From assembly GCA_963761035.1 (NCBI GenBank), contig CAVXFH010000002.1, forward strand, positions 1,930,915-1,994,914: a DNA stretch of 64,000 bases, read 5' to 3'. The translations under genes were made by a program, and so were the position numbers. Shown in pieces: positions 13,648-22,590 of the stretch (position 1 is the first letter of the stretch; each line of letters starts with the position of its first letter). Origin of the DNA: an uncultured Gammaproteobacteria bacterium. GTDB taxonomy: Bacteria; Pseudomonadota; Gammaproteobacteria; DRLM01. The notes below the pieces were generated by a model, which worked only from the letters and a program-made list of their open reading frames with translations, did no database searches and was not told the DNA's origin.

Positions 13648-14181
13648 GTGATAAGCACTAAGGCAAAACAAACAATCTTCCTGTCGCGGGGATTTTTTCT
13701 GCTGCTTGCCGGTTGCGGTATGTTGGTTTTGGCCGGCTGCGGATTCCATCTGCGTGGCGGCGTGATGGATCGCGTGCAACTCCCTTCGACATATCTCGCC
13801 GGCCGGGCCGGGGCGTTGCAGCAAGAGGTGCTTCATTATCTCACTGTCTCCGAGGTGCCATTAGCGCAGAGCGAGAAGGATGCGCAATTGGTGATCGAAC
13901 TGATCGGCGAGGACGTGCGGCGGCGCGTCTTGTCGGTGGGTATCGACGGCAAGGTACAGGAATACGAAGTTCTTTACACGGCTACTTATGAGGCGCGGCG
14001 TGCCGGCGGTAAGATCCTCATTCCCCGCGAGACCCTTGATGCGCAGCGCGATTATACCTTTAACGAGTCCGAGGTGCTGGCCAAGGATGTGGAACAGGAA
14101 CGTCTGGTCCAGGATATGCGCAGCGACGTGGTACGGCGATTGATGTTAAGGTTACGCGCGGCACTGAGCAAACAGCCATGA
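13648..14181 (+). CDS. lptE: LPS-assembly lipoprotein LptE
   Basis: Lipobox followed by 'AGCGFHLRG' (E. coli 'AGCGWHLRD'). C-terminal 'LAKDVEQERLVQDM' matches LptE. leuS-lptE-holA synteny. Confidence 0.8.
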   Translation: MISTKAKQTIFLSRGFFLLLAGCGMLVLAGCGFHLRGGVMDRVQLPSTYLAGRAGALQQEVLHYLTVSEVPLAQSEKDAQLVIELIGEDVRRRVLSVGIDGKVQEYEVLYTATYEARRAGGKILIPRETLDAQRDYTFNESEVLAKDVEQERLVQDMRSDVVRRLMLRLRAALSKQP

Positions 14182-15212
14182 AGCTTAAACCCGAACAAGT
14201 CGCTGCACACCTCCAAAAGACCTTGGCGCCGGTTTATCTGATAAGCGGCGACGAACCCCTGCAAGTGGCGGAGACCTGCGACGCCATTCGCGTCCGCGCC
14301 CGTGAGCGGGGATGCAGCGAGCGCCTGGTGTTCAATGTGGAGTCGGGTTTCGATTGGGGCGCCTTATTGCAGGCCCGCGATAGTCTGTCGTTGTTCGCCG
14401 AGCAGCGCGTAATGGAATTGCGCTTGCCCGGCGGTAAACCGGGTGAAGCGGGGGCCAAGGCGCTTGTGGAATATGTCAGATCGCCGGCCGCGGGGGATGT
14501 GCTGCTGGTGATCAGCGGAAAAATCGATAAGGACGCGCAACGCGGCAAGTGGTTTACGGCCTTGGAGCAGGCCGGTGTTGTGATACAGATATGGCCGATA
14601 AATGTCGCGCAATTGCCGGCATGGATCGAACGGCGCATGCTAACCAAGGGTTTGCGGCCCAGCGCCGAAGCGGTGACGCTGCTGGCGGAGCGGATGGAGG
14701 GAAATCTGCTGGCCTGCGCCCAGGAGATAGAAAAATTGTTATTGCTGCATGGTGAGGGCACGGTGGACGCAGCGGCAGTGACCGCCGCCGTGGCGAACAG
14801 CGCTCGATACAGCGTGTATGATTTGGTGGATCGCGCCATGGCCGGGGAGGGCGCCGCGGTGACGCGCATCTTGCGCGGCTTGCAAGGCGAGGGCGAGGAA
14901 ACGGTGCTGGTGTTATGGGCCTTGTGCCGGGAAATCCGCGGTCTGGCGAACATGGTCGACGAGCTACGGCAGGGAACGGCGATGGATCAAGTGCTCTATA
15001 AGAATAAAGTTTGGGAGAACCGCAAGCCCCTGGTGCGCAACGCCCTCAAGCGGTGCTCGTCACGAAGGTTGCGGCAACTGCTGCGCCTGGCGGGAAGGGC
15101 GGACTGTGTCATCAAGGGCATGGCGTCAGGCGATGCCTGGGACGAGTTGATGCAGGTGGCGCTCGGTTTGGCGGGGATCGCCGTGGTGCAGCGCCGCGCG
15201 GCGATTTCGTGA
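14178..15212 (+). CDS. holA: DNA polymerase III delta subunit
   Basis: 344 aa (E. coli 343). 4-nt overlap with lptE. Conserved position. Confidence 0.85.
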   Translation: MKLKPEQVAAHLQKTLAPVYLISGDEPLQVAETCDAIRVRARERGCSERLVFNVESGFDWGALLQARDSLSLFAEQRVMELRLPGGKPGEAGAKALVEYVRSPAAGDVLLVISGKIDKDAQRGKWFTALEQAGVVIQIWPINVAQLPAWIERRMLTKGLRPSAEAVTLLAERMEGNLLACAQEIEKLLLLHGEGTVDAAAVTAAVANSARYSVYDLVDRAMAGEGAAVTRILRGLQGEGEETVLVLWALCREIRGLANMVDELRQGTAMDQVLYKNKVWENRKPLVRNALKRCSSRRLRQLLRLAGRADCVIKGMASGDAWDELMQVALGLAGIAVVQRRAAIS

Positions 15213-15245
15213 GCCGAACGGCGCTCAATCGATGGTTTTAAGGAA

Positions 15246-15689
15246 TTAGAGCTCGGCGCGGCTGACCCAATTGGCCGCCCGGGTAATGAGGAACAGTCGC
15301 CGCAGGGTTATCCCCATGCCGATCAGTCCTATGAATATCATCGCGATATTCAGGGACTGAACAATGCCGCCGACGTTGCTGGCCCTCAGGGCAAATACGC
15401 AACCCAACCCAAACACAAAGGCGCCGGCGCCCATGAGCAGGATGTCATTGGTGCCGTCGATTTGCGCCGTCTTGCCCTTATCGAGATTTTTTACCGCCAA
15501 GGCATGAAAAACGTCGTTCCGCAGTTCGCCGGCCACTAGGATGTCGTCGCCCCCCTTGCCGACGCTGCTGACCAGATCGCTGTAGACCTTGATGTTGTAT
15601 TCGTATTTGCCGACATGGCAATCCGCCGCGCCATGCTTGCCCGCCGATGTTACGTCCTTTACGTGACCGCGCAGCAACTGTAATGACAT
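15246..15689 (-). CDS. Hypothetical membrane protein, DUF1269-like, with C-terminal glycine-zipper TM hairpin
   Basis: 147 aa: soluble N-terminal ~85 aa then 'LLMGAGAFVFGLGCVFAL...GGIVQSLNIAMIFIGLIGMGITL' (GxxxG zipper). GGGAGA SD. Confidence 0.45.
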   Translation of the reverse strand: MSLQLLRGHVKDVTSAGKHGAADCHVGKYEYNIKVYSDLVSSVGKGGDDILVAGELRNDVFHALAVKNLDKGKTAQIDGTNDILLMGAGAFVFGLGCVFALRASNVGGIVQSLNIAMIFIGLIGMGITLRRLFLITRAANWVSRAEL

Positions 15690-15985
15690 GTCGCTCTCCC
15701 GCTGATTAAAATGGATTGCCCTGATCTAATTCTGATAGTAGCTACACTGCGGACTGCGATTAATTCCCTTAAGACGGAACTATCTCGATATTCGCTGACG
15801 ATTGTAAGGGAAAACGAGGTCATATTCCCAGTGAAATATTACCCTAGATCCGCCATGCAATGAACCCTGGCTGCGCCGCGGTCCCCGCCCATCGGCGCAT
15901 AGACGCGAAAAAGATCGAGTCGCCAGGTTATCGCCGGCCAATCACTAGCCTTTAAGAAGAAACCGATCGGCGTAACACCGGACAT

Positions 15986-16288
15986 CTAGAGCACGGCGGA
16001 AAATCCCTCAAACTGCGGCGGTCCCAGGTAAATGCCCTTGGCGGCGCCTGCTTGGCCGTGGGCCTTGTGAAACGCCTCGGAGCGAGTCCAGTTTTCGAAG
16101 GCCTGTTGCGATTCCCAGATAGAGTGGGAGGCAAACAAGGTGTGGTCGTCGAACACCGGGCCCTTGAGCAGATGAAATTCGCGGAAACCGGGCGCTTCAT
16201 TGAGATAGGTCTTGCGATTTTTCCAAACGGCGATGAACGCTTCCTCATGGCCCTTGACGATTTTGAATCTATTCATGGCTACATACAT
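15986..16288 (-). CDS. Antibiotic-biosynthesis-monooxygenase (ABM) domain protein
   Basis: 100-aa ferredoxin-like ABM fold signature ('MNRFKIVKGHEEAFIAVWKNR...HSIWESQQAFENW'). GAGG SD. Confidence 0.7.
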   Translation of the reverse strand: MYVAMNRFKIVKGHEEAFIAVWKNRKTYLNEAPGFREFHLLKGPVFDDHTLFASHSIWESQQAFENWTRSEAFHKAHGQAGAAKGIYLGPPQFEGFSAVL

Positions 16289-16339
16289 AGATACCTCATT
16301 TCCAAGTAAATATTAAACGATCGCCCTGATGTACCGATA

Positions 16340-18181
16340 GTGACAGGGAATGGCCCATTTTCCCAACGTAGGATGCAGTATCGACGATTTCACAAGATAG
16401 ACGGCCGGCATCCCTGGCGCAATGCGGTTCCGGACGCCCATGTCGATTACGCCGCCCGTACCCGTCACGGCGGCGAGGTTTTCTACTTCAATTTCGAACT
16501 GGCCAAGGAGATGGGTTTGATCGGCAAGCATCATCCTCACCGGCTCAACGCCGCCTTATCCAAAACCATACTCGACACCTTCAGCTTGGTGATCATCAAT
16601 GAATACGATATACACCATGGACTGGAGGTGCCGGCCGCAGACCTGCGCCCCCACAGATACATGGCAACACGCTATCTGCAATGCCAGCATCCCAACAAGC
16701 AGGGTCTGACTTCCGGCGATGGTCGCAGTATCTGGAATGGATATATCAAGAGCAAAAGCGGCGCGTGGGACATTTCGAGCTGCGGCACCGGCGCCACCTG
16801 CCTGAGTCCCGCTACGGCGATATTTCAGGAATTCTATAAAACCGGCGACGACAATAATTCCTACGCTTGCGGCCAAGCCGATCTGACCGACGGTGTCTGT
16901 GCCGCGTTGATGAGCGACATCTTCCATAAAAACGGCATCGCCACCGAACGGACGCTGGCGATCATCGCCTTCGAGGACGGTACCGCCATCAACGTGCGCG
17001 CCTATCAGAATCTGCTGCGACCCGCGCATCTGTTCCGTTTGCTGAAACAAGACCGCCTGCAAGATTTGCATGCCGCCGTCGATTATTACATCGCGCGCCA
17101 GCGCGCCAACGGCCTCTGGCCGTCCTCGGCGGCAAGACGGGACAAGTATCGCGAATTTTTGAACCGCATTACCGCGAGCTTCGCCCGGGCCGCCGCCGTC
17201 TTCGAGAGCGATTACATCTTTTGCTGGTTGGATTGGGACGGCGACAACGTGCTGATGGACGGCGCCGTACTGGACTACGGTTCGGTAAGACAGTTCGGCC
17301 TTTATCATCGTGAGTATCGTTACGACGACGTCGAGCGTATGTCCACCACCATTAACGAGCAAAAGAATAAGGCCCGATACATCGTCCAGCGCTTCGCCCA
17401 GATCGTGGACTATATCGCCACCGGCGGGAAAAAAGGCATAAGGCATTTCGCCCGGCACCCGGCCCTGAGAAGCTTCGATGAAATTTTCGACAACACTAAA
17501 GACGATATATTGATCTATAAGCTCGGCTACGACGACAGACAACGGGAGATAATCCTGAATCAAGCATCGTTGCGCCGCGCCGCGCGTCGCCTTCGGGAGA
17601 TCTTGCGTCTATTTGAGAGAGTGCAGTCGCGCAAGGGGATTTACAAGATAGACGACGGCATCACCGCCGACGCGCTGTTTTGCGTTCGCGATATCCTGCG
17701 CGAATTGCCCGCGCATTTTCTGCGCCAGGATACCGATATGAACGCCGGGCGGTTTATAGAGATCATGAAGTCCGAATATGCGGAACCGGAGGATATCCTC
17801 CTAACCCCGGGTCGTCGGGCGAAGATTAGGGATTTTCAGCGACTATATCGCCATCTGCTGGCGGCCGTGGCGTCGCACGAAGGTCGGACGATCCGTGCCG
17901 TACTGAAGAGCATGGCGGATCGTTCGGCCCTGATCAACCGCTACGAACGGGTGACCGGCGACGCCGTTCTTTATGTCGGTAATAGGATGGTGAATGGCGC
18001 GAAGCGCTTGGATTCAAACGCGCTGCACGACATCTTTCGGCGATTCGTAGAACAACAGATACTGCGCCCGGAATATTTCAAGCGATACGGTGCTGGCCGA
18101 GGTGTCATCAAGAGCGGGAAGGTTCGCCATCTTCTGAGCGCAATGCTGCGCGACGTCAAGGCTATGCGCTCCGGCTTGTAA
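16340..18181 (+). CDS. Divergent, extended SelO/YdiU (UPF0061)-family kinase-fold protein (putative protein adenylyltransferase)
   Basis: Hallmark SelO motifs by eye: 'SGDGRSI' (YdiU 'LGDGRAI'), 'FHKNGIATERTLAII' (YdiU 'MHYLGIPTTRALSIV'), and catalytic 'DWDGDNVLMDGAVLDYGSV' (YdiU 'NTDNMSLLGLTLDYGPF'). 613 aa versus ~480 aa for typical SelO. Confidence 0.65.
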   Translation: MTGNGPFSQRRMQYRRFHKIDGRHPWRNAVPDAHVDYAARTRHGGEVFYFNFELAKEMGLIGKHHPHRLNAALSKTILDTFSLVIINEYDIHHGLEVPAADLRPHRYMATRYLQCQHPNKQGLTSGDGRSIWNGYIKSKSGAWDISSCGTGATCLSPATAIFQEFYKTGDDNNSYACGQADLTDGVCAALMSDIFHKNGIATERTLAIIAFEDGTAINVRAYQNLLRPAHLFRLLKQDRLQDLHAAVDYYIARQRANGLWPSSAARRDKYREFLNRITASFARAAAVFESDYIFCWLDWDGDNVLMDGAVLDYGSVRQFGLYHREYRYDDVERMSTTINEQKNKARYIVQRFAQIVDYIATGGKKGIRHFARHPALRSFDEIFDNTKDDILIYKLGYDDRQREIILNQASLRRAARRLREILRLFERVQSRKGIYKIDDGITADALFCVRDILRELPAHFLRQDTDMNAGRFIEIMKSEYAEPEDILLTPGRRAKIRDFQRLYRHLLAAVASHEGRTIRAVLKSMADRSALINRYERVTGDAVLYVGNRMVNGAKRLDSNALHDIFRRFVEQQILRPEYFKRYGAGRGVIKSGKVRHLLSAMLRDVKAMRSGL

Positions 18182-18343
18182 ATTCTCGCCCCAGGGGACA
18201 GCCGTCCACACACTGTGTGTTTCGGGCAATCCGCGCCAATCTCGACAATGTTTACATTGAGGATCGATAGAGTGTAGTGGCTCAAACCGCCTCGCTATTA
18301 GAAATTCTATCGGAGGCAATGAGTTATACGATTATACCAAATA

Positions 18344-18359
18344 TGGCATAACGATTGCC
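18344..18359 (+). promoter_or_regulatory. Candidate sigma-54 (-24/-12) promoter TGGCAT-N5-TTGCC
   Basis: TGGCATaacgaTTGCC matches the RpoN consensus TGGCAC-N5-TTGCW with correct spacing, 38 nt upstream of the DUF2892 ATG. A sigma-54 activator gene lies directly downstream. Confidence 0.55.
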
Positions 18360-18396
18360 CTATGCAGGGTGACACATGTAACCAAAGGGAATACTT

Positions 18397-18639
18397 ATGT
18401 TTGAAAACCTTAATACTCATGAACAAATCATCCGCTATGGCACCGGTACTGCATTGATCGTTCTGTCGGCGTTCACGCTGCAAATCCCGCTGTGGTTTGC
18501 CTTGGTAGCGACCTATCCCATTTTCACCGCTATGGTGCAATGGGATCCGCTGTATACCTTGTTTGCCGTCATCAGGCGCCAGCTGATGAAAGAGCCGGTA
18601 CCCGCTAAGCGGTCATATAGGCGGGCATATAGTTCTTGA
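18397..18639 (+). CDS. DUF2892 (YgaP-like) small two-TM membrane protein
   Basis: 80 aa, two hydrophobic helices. AAGGGA SD. Stand-alone version of the YgaP C-terminal membrane domain. Confidence 0.6.
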   Translation: MFENLNTHEQIIRYGTGTALIVLSAFTLQIPLWFALVATYPIFTAMVQWDPLYTLFAVIRRQLMKEPVPAKRSYRRAYSS

Positions 18640-18665
18640 ATAAACAACCGCATGTGCCCTCCCTC

Positions 18666-18694
18666 GAGGGTGCCTCGTGCACCCTCATTTTTTT
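18666..18694 (+). terminator. Rho-independent terminator (8-bp GC stem GAGGGTGC/GCACCCTC, 5-nt loop, T7 tract)
   Basis: Perfect hairpin immediately followed by TTTTTTT, 27 nt after the DUF2892 stop. Confidence 0.7.
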
Positions 18695-18833
18695 GCCGGC
18701 AGCATTGGAATATTTCCCGCATTGATATGTTGCTGGAAAGCGATTTTCCGATGTAGACGGAACTCCGTTGCAATCAATTGGTCACCTTGGTGGGCTATCT
18801 TGTTTACAGCACAATACGCTTACTTGAACACCC

Positions 18834-20411
18834 ATGAAATTGGCTATGTCGCAACACTATGCAAACCAGGGGGTAACCTCGGAATTCGCCGCAGTGATTC
18901 TGGCCGCCGCGAAACTGATCGGCAAATCCTTGGAACCGGCCGTCGCCATCGGCGGTATTCTCAAATTGCTCTCCTCGTTACTGGCGCTGGAAAAGGGACG
19001 GGTAATTTTGCCGGACCCGGAGGCCGATGTGCTGCGCATCGTTTATGCCCACGGCTTGTCCGAGAGGGAAATTCGCAAAGGCGCTTATTTGCCGGGGGAA
19101 GGGATTACCGGGCGGGTGATGACCACCGGAGAACTCGTCCTCATTCCCGATGTGGCCCGGGAACCGGATTTTCTCGCGCTGGTGACGCCGGATTCAGAAT
19201 ATAACTCCCAGCCGCTGGCCTATATTGCCGTGCCTATCGTGCAGAACGATACGCCTATCGGTGTACTCGCGGTGCAGCGTCGCGCGCCGAAGCAGCCCCA
19301 ATTTGTTCATGACTTGAACGTATTGCAAATCGTAGCCGCCATGATCGGACAGATTTTGCAAATCAACGCCTTGATCGATGAGCAGACCAAGGAGCTGCGG
19401 CAGGAGTACGAACGTCTCAAGCATCTCGACCACATCGAGGGGGAAGCGGTGCACGGTATCGTGGGCCGCAGCCCCGCGTTGCGCCGCGCTGTGGAAGAAG
19501 CGAGGAAGGCGGCCGCCTCTTCCCAGGCCACGGTGATGTTGATCGGCGAATCGGGTACCGGCAAAGAACGTTTTGCGCGCATGATCCATCTGGCCAGCGA
19601 ACGGCGGGACAAGCCTTTCGTGTGCATTAATTGCGCCGCTATTCCGCCCACGCTGCTGGAGGCCGAATTGTTCGGCTATGAGAAGGGCAGTTTTACCGGC
19701 GCGGTTGCTTCGCGCTTGGGCAAGTTCGAGATCGCCGCCGGCGGTACGCTGTTTCTGGACGAAATCGGCGACATGGCCCCCGATCTCCAGGCCAAACTGT
19801 TGCGGGTCCTGCAGGAAAAGACCGTACAGCGCATCGGCGCCGATCGCGAAATCCCCGTCGATGTGCGCATCGTCAGCGCCACCAATAAACAATTGGAGGA
19901 AGCGGTCAAGAGCGCCGCCTTTCGTCTCGACCTTTATTATCGCCTCAACGTAATCCCCATCAATTTACCGCCGTTGCGCGAGCGTGACGGCGATATCCAG
20001 CTTTTGGCGCTCTATTTTCTCGCCCGCTACAATCAGCAGCAACGTCGCGACGTGGTATTCACCGTGGAGGCGCTGGAGCGACTTGCGGGCTACGAGTGGC
20101 CGGGCAATGTTCGGCAGTTGGAAAATATCGTCGAACGCTTGGTAATCATGTCCGATGCCGAGAGGCTAGGCGCCGAGGATATAGCGCGCATGCTGCTCCC
20201 GGAATCCTCAATCAGGCCGGACACTTTGCGCGGCGCCGCCGCCGCGGAGCCCAATCCGCGGCCCTACCGAAAATTGCAGGACGATGAGCGTGAACGAATC
20301 ATTACCGCGTTGCGACTGGCGCAGGGCAATAAAACCCATGCCGCGCGCCAGTTGGGCATGAGCCCCAGACAGTTGCATTACCGACTGACCAAACTGAAGA
20401 TCGAGGCATAA
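18834..20411 (+). CDS. GAF-domain sigma-54-dependent transcriptional activator (NifA/NorR/FhlA-like architecture: GAF-AAA+-HTH)
   Basis: 'GESGTGKERFARMIH' Walker A and 'ELFGYEKGSFTGA' GAFTGA motif for sigma-54 contact. C-terminal Fis-type HTH ('AARQLGMSPRQLHYRL'). N-terminal ~170-aa GAF-like domain. Confidence 0.9.
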   Translation: MKLAMSQHYANQGVTSEFAAVILAAAKLIGKSLEPAVAIGGILKLLSSLLALEKGRVILPDPEADVLRIVYAHGLSEREIRKGAYLPGEGITGRVMTTGELVLIPDVAREPDFLALVTPDSEYNSQPLAYIAVPIVQNDTPIGVLAVQRRAPKQPQFVHDLNVLQIVAAMIGQILQINALIDEQTKELRQEYERLKHLDHIEGEAVHGIVGRSPALRRAVEEARKAAASSQATVMLIGESGTGKERFARMIHLASERRDKPFVCINCAAIPPTLLEAELFGYEKGSFTGAVASRLGKFEIAAGGTLFLDEIGDMAPDLQAKLLRVLQEKTVQRIGADREIPVDVRIVSATNKQLEEAVKSAAFRLDLYYRLNVIPINLPPLRERDGDIQLLALYFLARYNQQQRRDVVFTVEALERLAGYEWPGNVRQLENIVERLVIMSDAERLGAEDIARMLLPESSIRPDTLRGAAAAEPNPRPYRKLQDDERERIITALRLAQGNKTHAARQLGMSPRQLHYRLTKLKIEA

Positions 20412-20412
20412 C

Positions 20413-20927
20413 TACGTCTTTGACCGCAGCTATTACGAAGAAGTGTTGGTAGTGCGCGTCCACCCCGATTATCTCAAGGCGCAACGCCTGCCGGGGAACA
20501 TCAAACTCGAGTAGCTGTCGCGGGAATGCCCGGAGTCGGTCAACGATCACGAGAAACACCTGGCACGCAACGGCACGGTGATGGTCAAGTTCCGGTTGAA
20601 CATCTCCAAGAGAGAGCTGTGCAAGCGCTTTCTGTCGCGCATCGAGGTGCAGCACAAAAAATTTGAAATTCTCGGAAAGCGATGTGCTGGAACGTAAGCA
20701 CGGGGACGCCTATATGCATCCTTATGAAAAAAGCGCCGGCCGCCACCAAAAAAGAATGGGCGCCCTGGTATGCGATCCCCGCTGACGATAAGCTTTATAT
20801 GCAATATTGTGCGGCCGACATCATTGTCCACAGTCTCAAGTCATTGGGCTTGGCCTACCCGCGGGTGGATGCGGAGCAGGAAAAGAAGTTGCTGAAAATA
20901 CGCAAGATGCTGGAAAAGGACGATTAA
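20413..20927 (+). pseudogene. Decayed polyphosphate kinase 2 (PPK2) gene remnant lacking the Walker-A half, with an in-frame stop and two frameshifts
   Basis: Three frames carry consecutive PPK2 segments: 'VFDRSYYEEVLVVRVHPDY' then stop; 'NGTVMVKFRLNISKRELCKRF' to 'KFSESDVLERKHGDAYMHPYE'; and 'EWAPWYAIPADDKLY...SLGLAYP' (PPK2 C-terminus). Begins 1 nt after the regulator stop. Confidence 0.7.
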
Positions 20928-21235
20928 GATAGCGGATGGTGAGTGCGCCACGCGCCCATCGTCGTGACCTCGCGCCCGGTTAAATCTGTTTTGGGCGGCC
21001 TTGGTATAAATTCCCGATTTTCGCAGGCATGGCTTACGTCATACGAGTCCATAAGCGGGTCATGACCGATATATATCGGTTCAAGGCGGAGCCGGTCATG
21101 TCCATGGGGCGGCCGGTAGGGTAAGCTATTCATAGAGTGGACGCGCACGAGGTGCGCTGGGGCTATGCCCTCGACCCCTATGGGCGCCGAGGTCCCGAGG
21201 AGGAAGGGGCGGCTGGTTTAACGTAGTGATGTGGA

Positions 21236-22501
21236 TTGGTTATGGCAGAGATCAAAGATTACATGCAGCAGGTTGGGCGGCAGGCGCGGGCGGCGGCGCA
21301 GCACATGGCGCGCGCCGGGACCGCGGCTAAGGATGCGGCCTTGCTGGCCATGGCGGCCTTGATCGATGAGCGTAGTGCACAATTGGTAACGGCCAATGAG
21401 GCGGATTTGGAGGAAGCGCGCGACCGGGGTCTGGACGCGGCCTTATTGGATCGTCTCACCCTCACCGCCGCGGGCGCGGCCGCCATGGCGGATGGTTTGC
21501 GGCAGATCGCCGCGCTCCCTGACCCGGTAGGCACCATCAGCGATCTCAATTACCGTCCTTCCGGGATTCAAGTAGGCCGAATGCGCGTGCCCCTTGGGGT
21601 CATCGGAATTATCTACGAGGCGCGACCCAATGTGACGGCGGATGCAGCCGGGCTGTGTTTGAAGTCGGGCAATGCCGCCATCCTGCGCGGCGGTTCCGAG
21701 GCGCTGCGCTCCAACCAGGCCATCGCCGCCTGCGTACGCGGCGGTTTGGAGCAGGCAGGCCTGCCTGTCGAGGCGGTGCAGGTGATCGAGACCGCCGACC
21801 GCGCCGCGGTGGGCGAACTGATCCGCATGAAGGACTACGTGGACATAATCGTCCCGCGCGGCGGCAAGGGCCTCATCGAGCGTGTCAGCGCCGAAGCTGA
21901 GATCCCGGTGATCAAACACCTGCACGGCAATTGCCACGTCTATATAGATGACAAGGCCGACATCGACAAGGCCGTCGCCATCGCTTTCAACGCCAAGACC
22001 CAGCGTTACGGGACATGCAATACCATGGAAACCCTGCTGGTGGCGGAGGGCGTTGCCGCTATGGTGTTGCCGCGGCTCAGCAAGATGTATAAAGACGAGG
22101 GGGTGGAGTTACGCGGTTGCGCCCGCACCCGCGAGCTTATTGCCGGGGTGAAGTCCGCCGTCGAGGAGGATTGGCACACCGAGTATCTGGCGCCGATTTT
22201 GTCCGTCCGCGTCGTGGCGGATCTGGACGAGGCCATGACGCATATCGCGCGTTACGGGTCACAGCACACCGACGCCATCGTTACCGAGGATTACACACGT
22301 GCGCGGCGTTTTCTGCGGGAGGTGGATTCCAGCTCGGTGATGGTCAATGCCTCGACGCGCTTCGCCGACGGCTTCGAATATGGACTGGGTGCGGAGATCG
22401 GCATCAGCACTGACAAAATTCATGCCCGCGGCCCGGTCGGTCTGGAAGGCCTGACCTCCCAAAAGTACATCGTGTTGGGGGAGGGGAATGTACGTAAATA
22501 A
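21236..22501 (+). CDS. proA: Gamma-glutamyl phosphate reductase
   Basis: 421 aa. ALDH-fold ProA signatures ('[11 protein letters not shown]', catalytic Cys region '[11 protein letters not shown]'). Confidence 0.95.
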   Translation: MVMAEIKDYMQQVGRQARAAAQHMARAGTAAKDAALLAMAALIDERSAQLVTANEADLEEARDRGLDAALLDRLTLTAAGAAAMADGLRQIAALPDPVGTISDLNYRPSGIQVGRMRVPLGVIGIIYEARPNVTADAAGLCLKSGNAAILRGGSEALRSNQAIAACVRGGLEQAGLPVEAVQVIETADRAAVGELIRMKDYVDIIVPRGGKGLIERVSAEAEIPVIKHLHGNCHVYIDDKADIDKAVAIAFNAKTQRYGTCNTMETLLVAEGVAAMVLPRLSKMYKDEGVELRGCARTRELIAGVKSAVEEDWHTEYLAPILSVRVVADLDEAMTHIARYGSQHTDAIVTEDYTRARRFLREVDSSSVMVNASTRFADGFEYGLGAEIGISTDKIHARGPVGLEGLTSQKYIVLGEGNVRK

Positions 22502-22502
22502 T

Positions 22503-22590
22503 AGTTTAGAGTTTCGGGTTTAGCGTTTCGAGTTGAAAGCTAAATGACCGGCAACTCGAGACTCGGAACACTAAACTCGAAACTGAATTC
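22503..22590. repeat. Imperfect ~30-bp-arm inverted repeat (units GTTTAGAGTTTCGG / GTTTAGCGTTTCGAGTT versus AACTCGAGACTCGGAACACTAAACTCGAAAC) filling the proA-nadD gap
   Basis: Right arm is the reverse complement of the left with a few mismatches; 18-nt central loop. Candidate REP-like element or terminator/attenuator. Confidence 0.4.

Noticed and set aside
20924-21148. 74-aa ORF (-) in the PPK2-proA intergenic region
   Set aside because: No SD and no recognisable domain. Overlaps the palindromic putative operator region.
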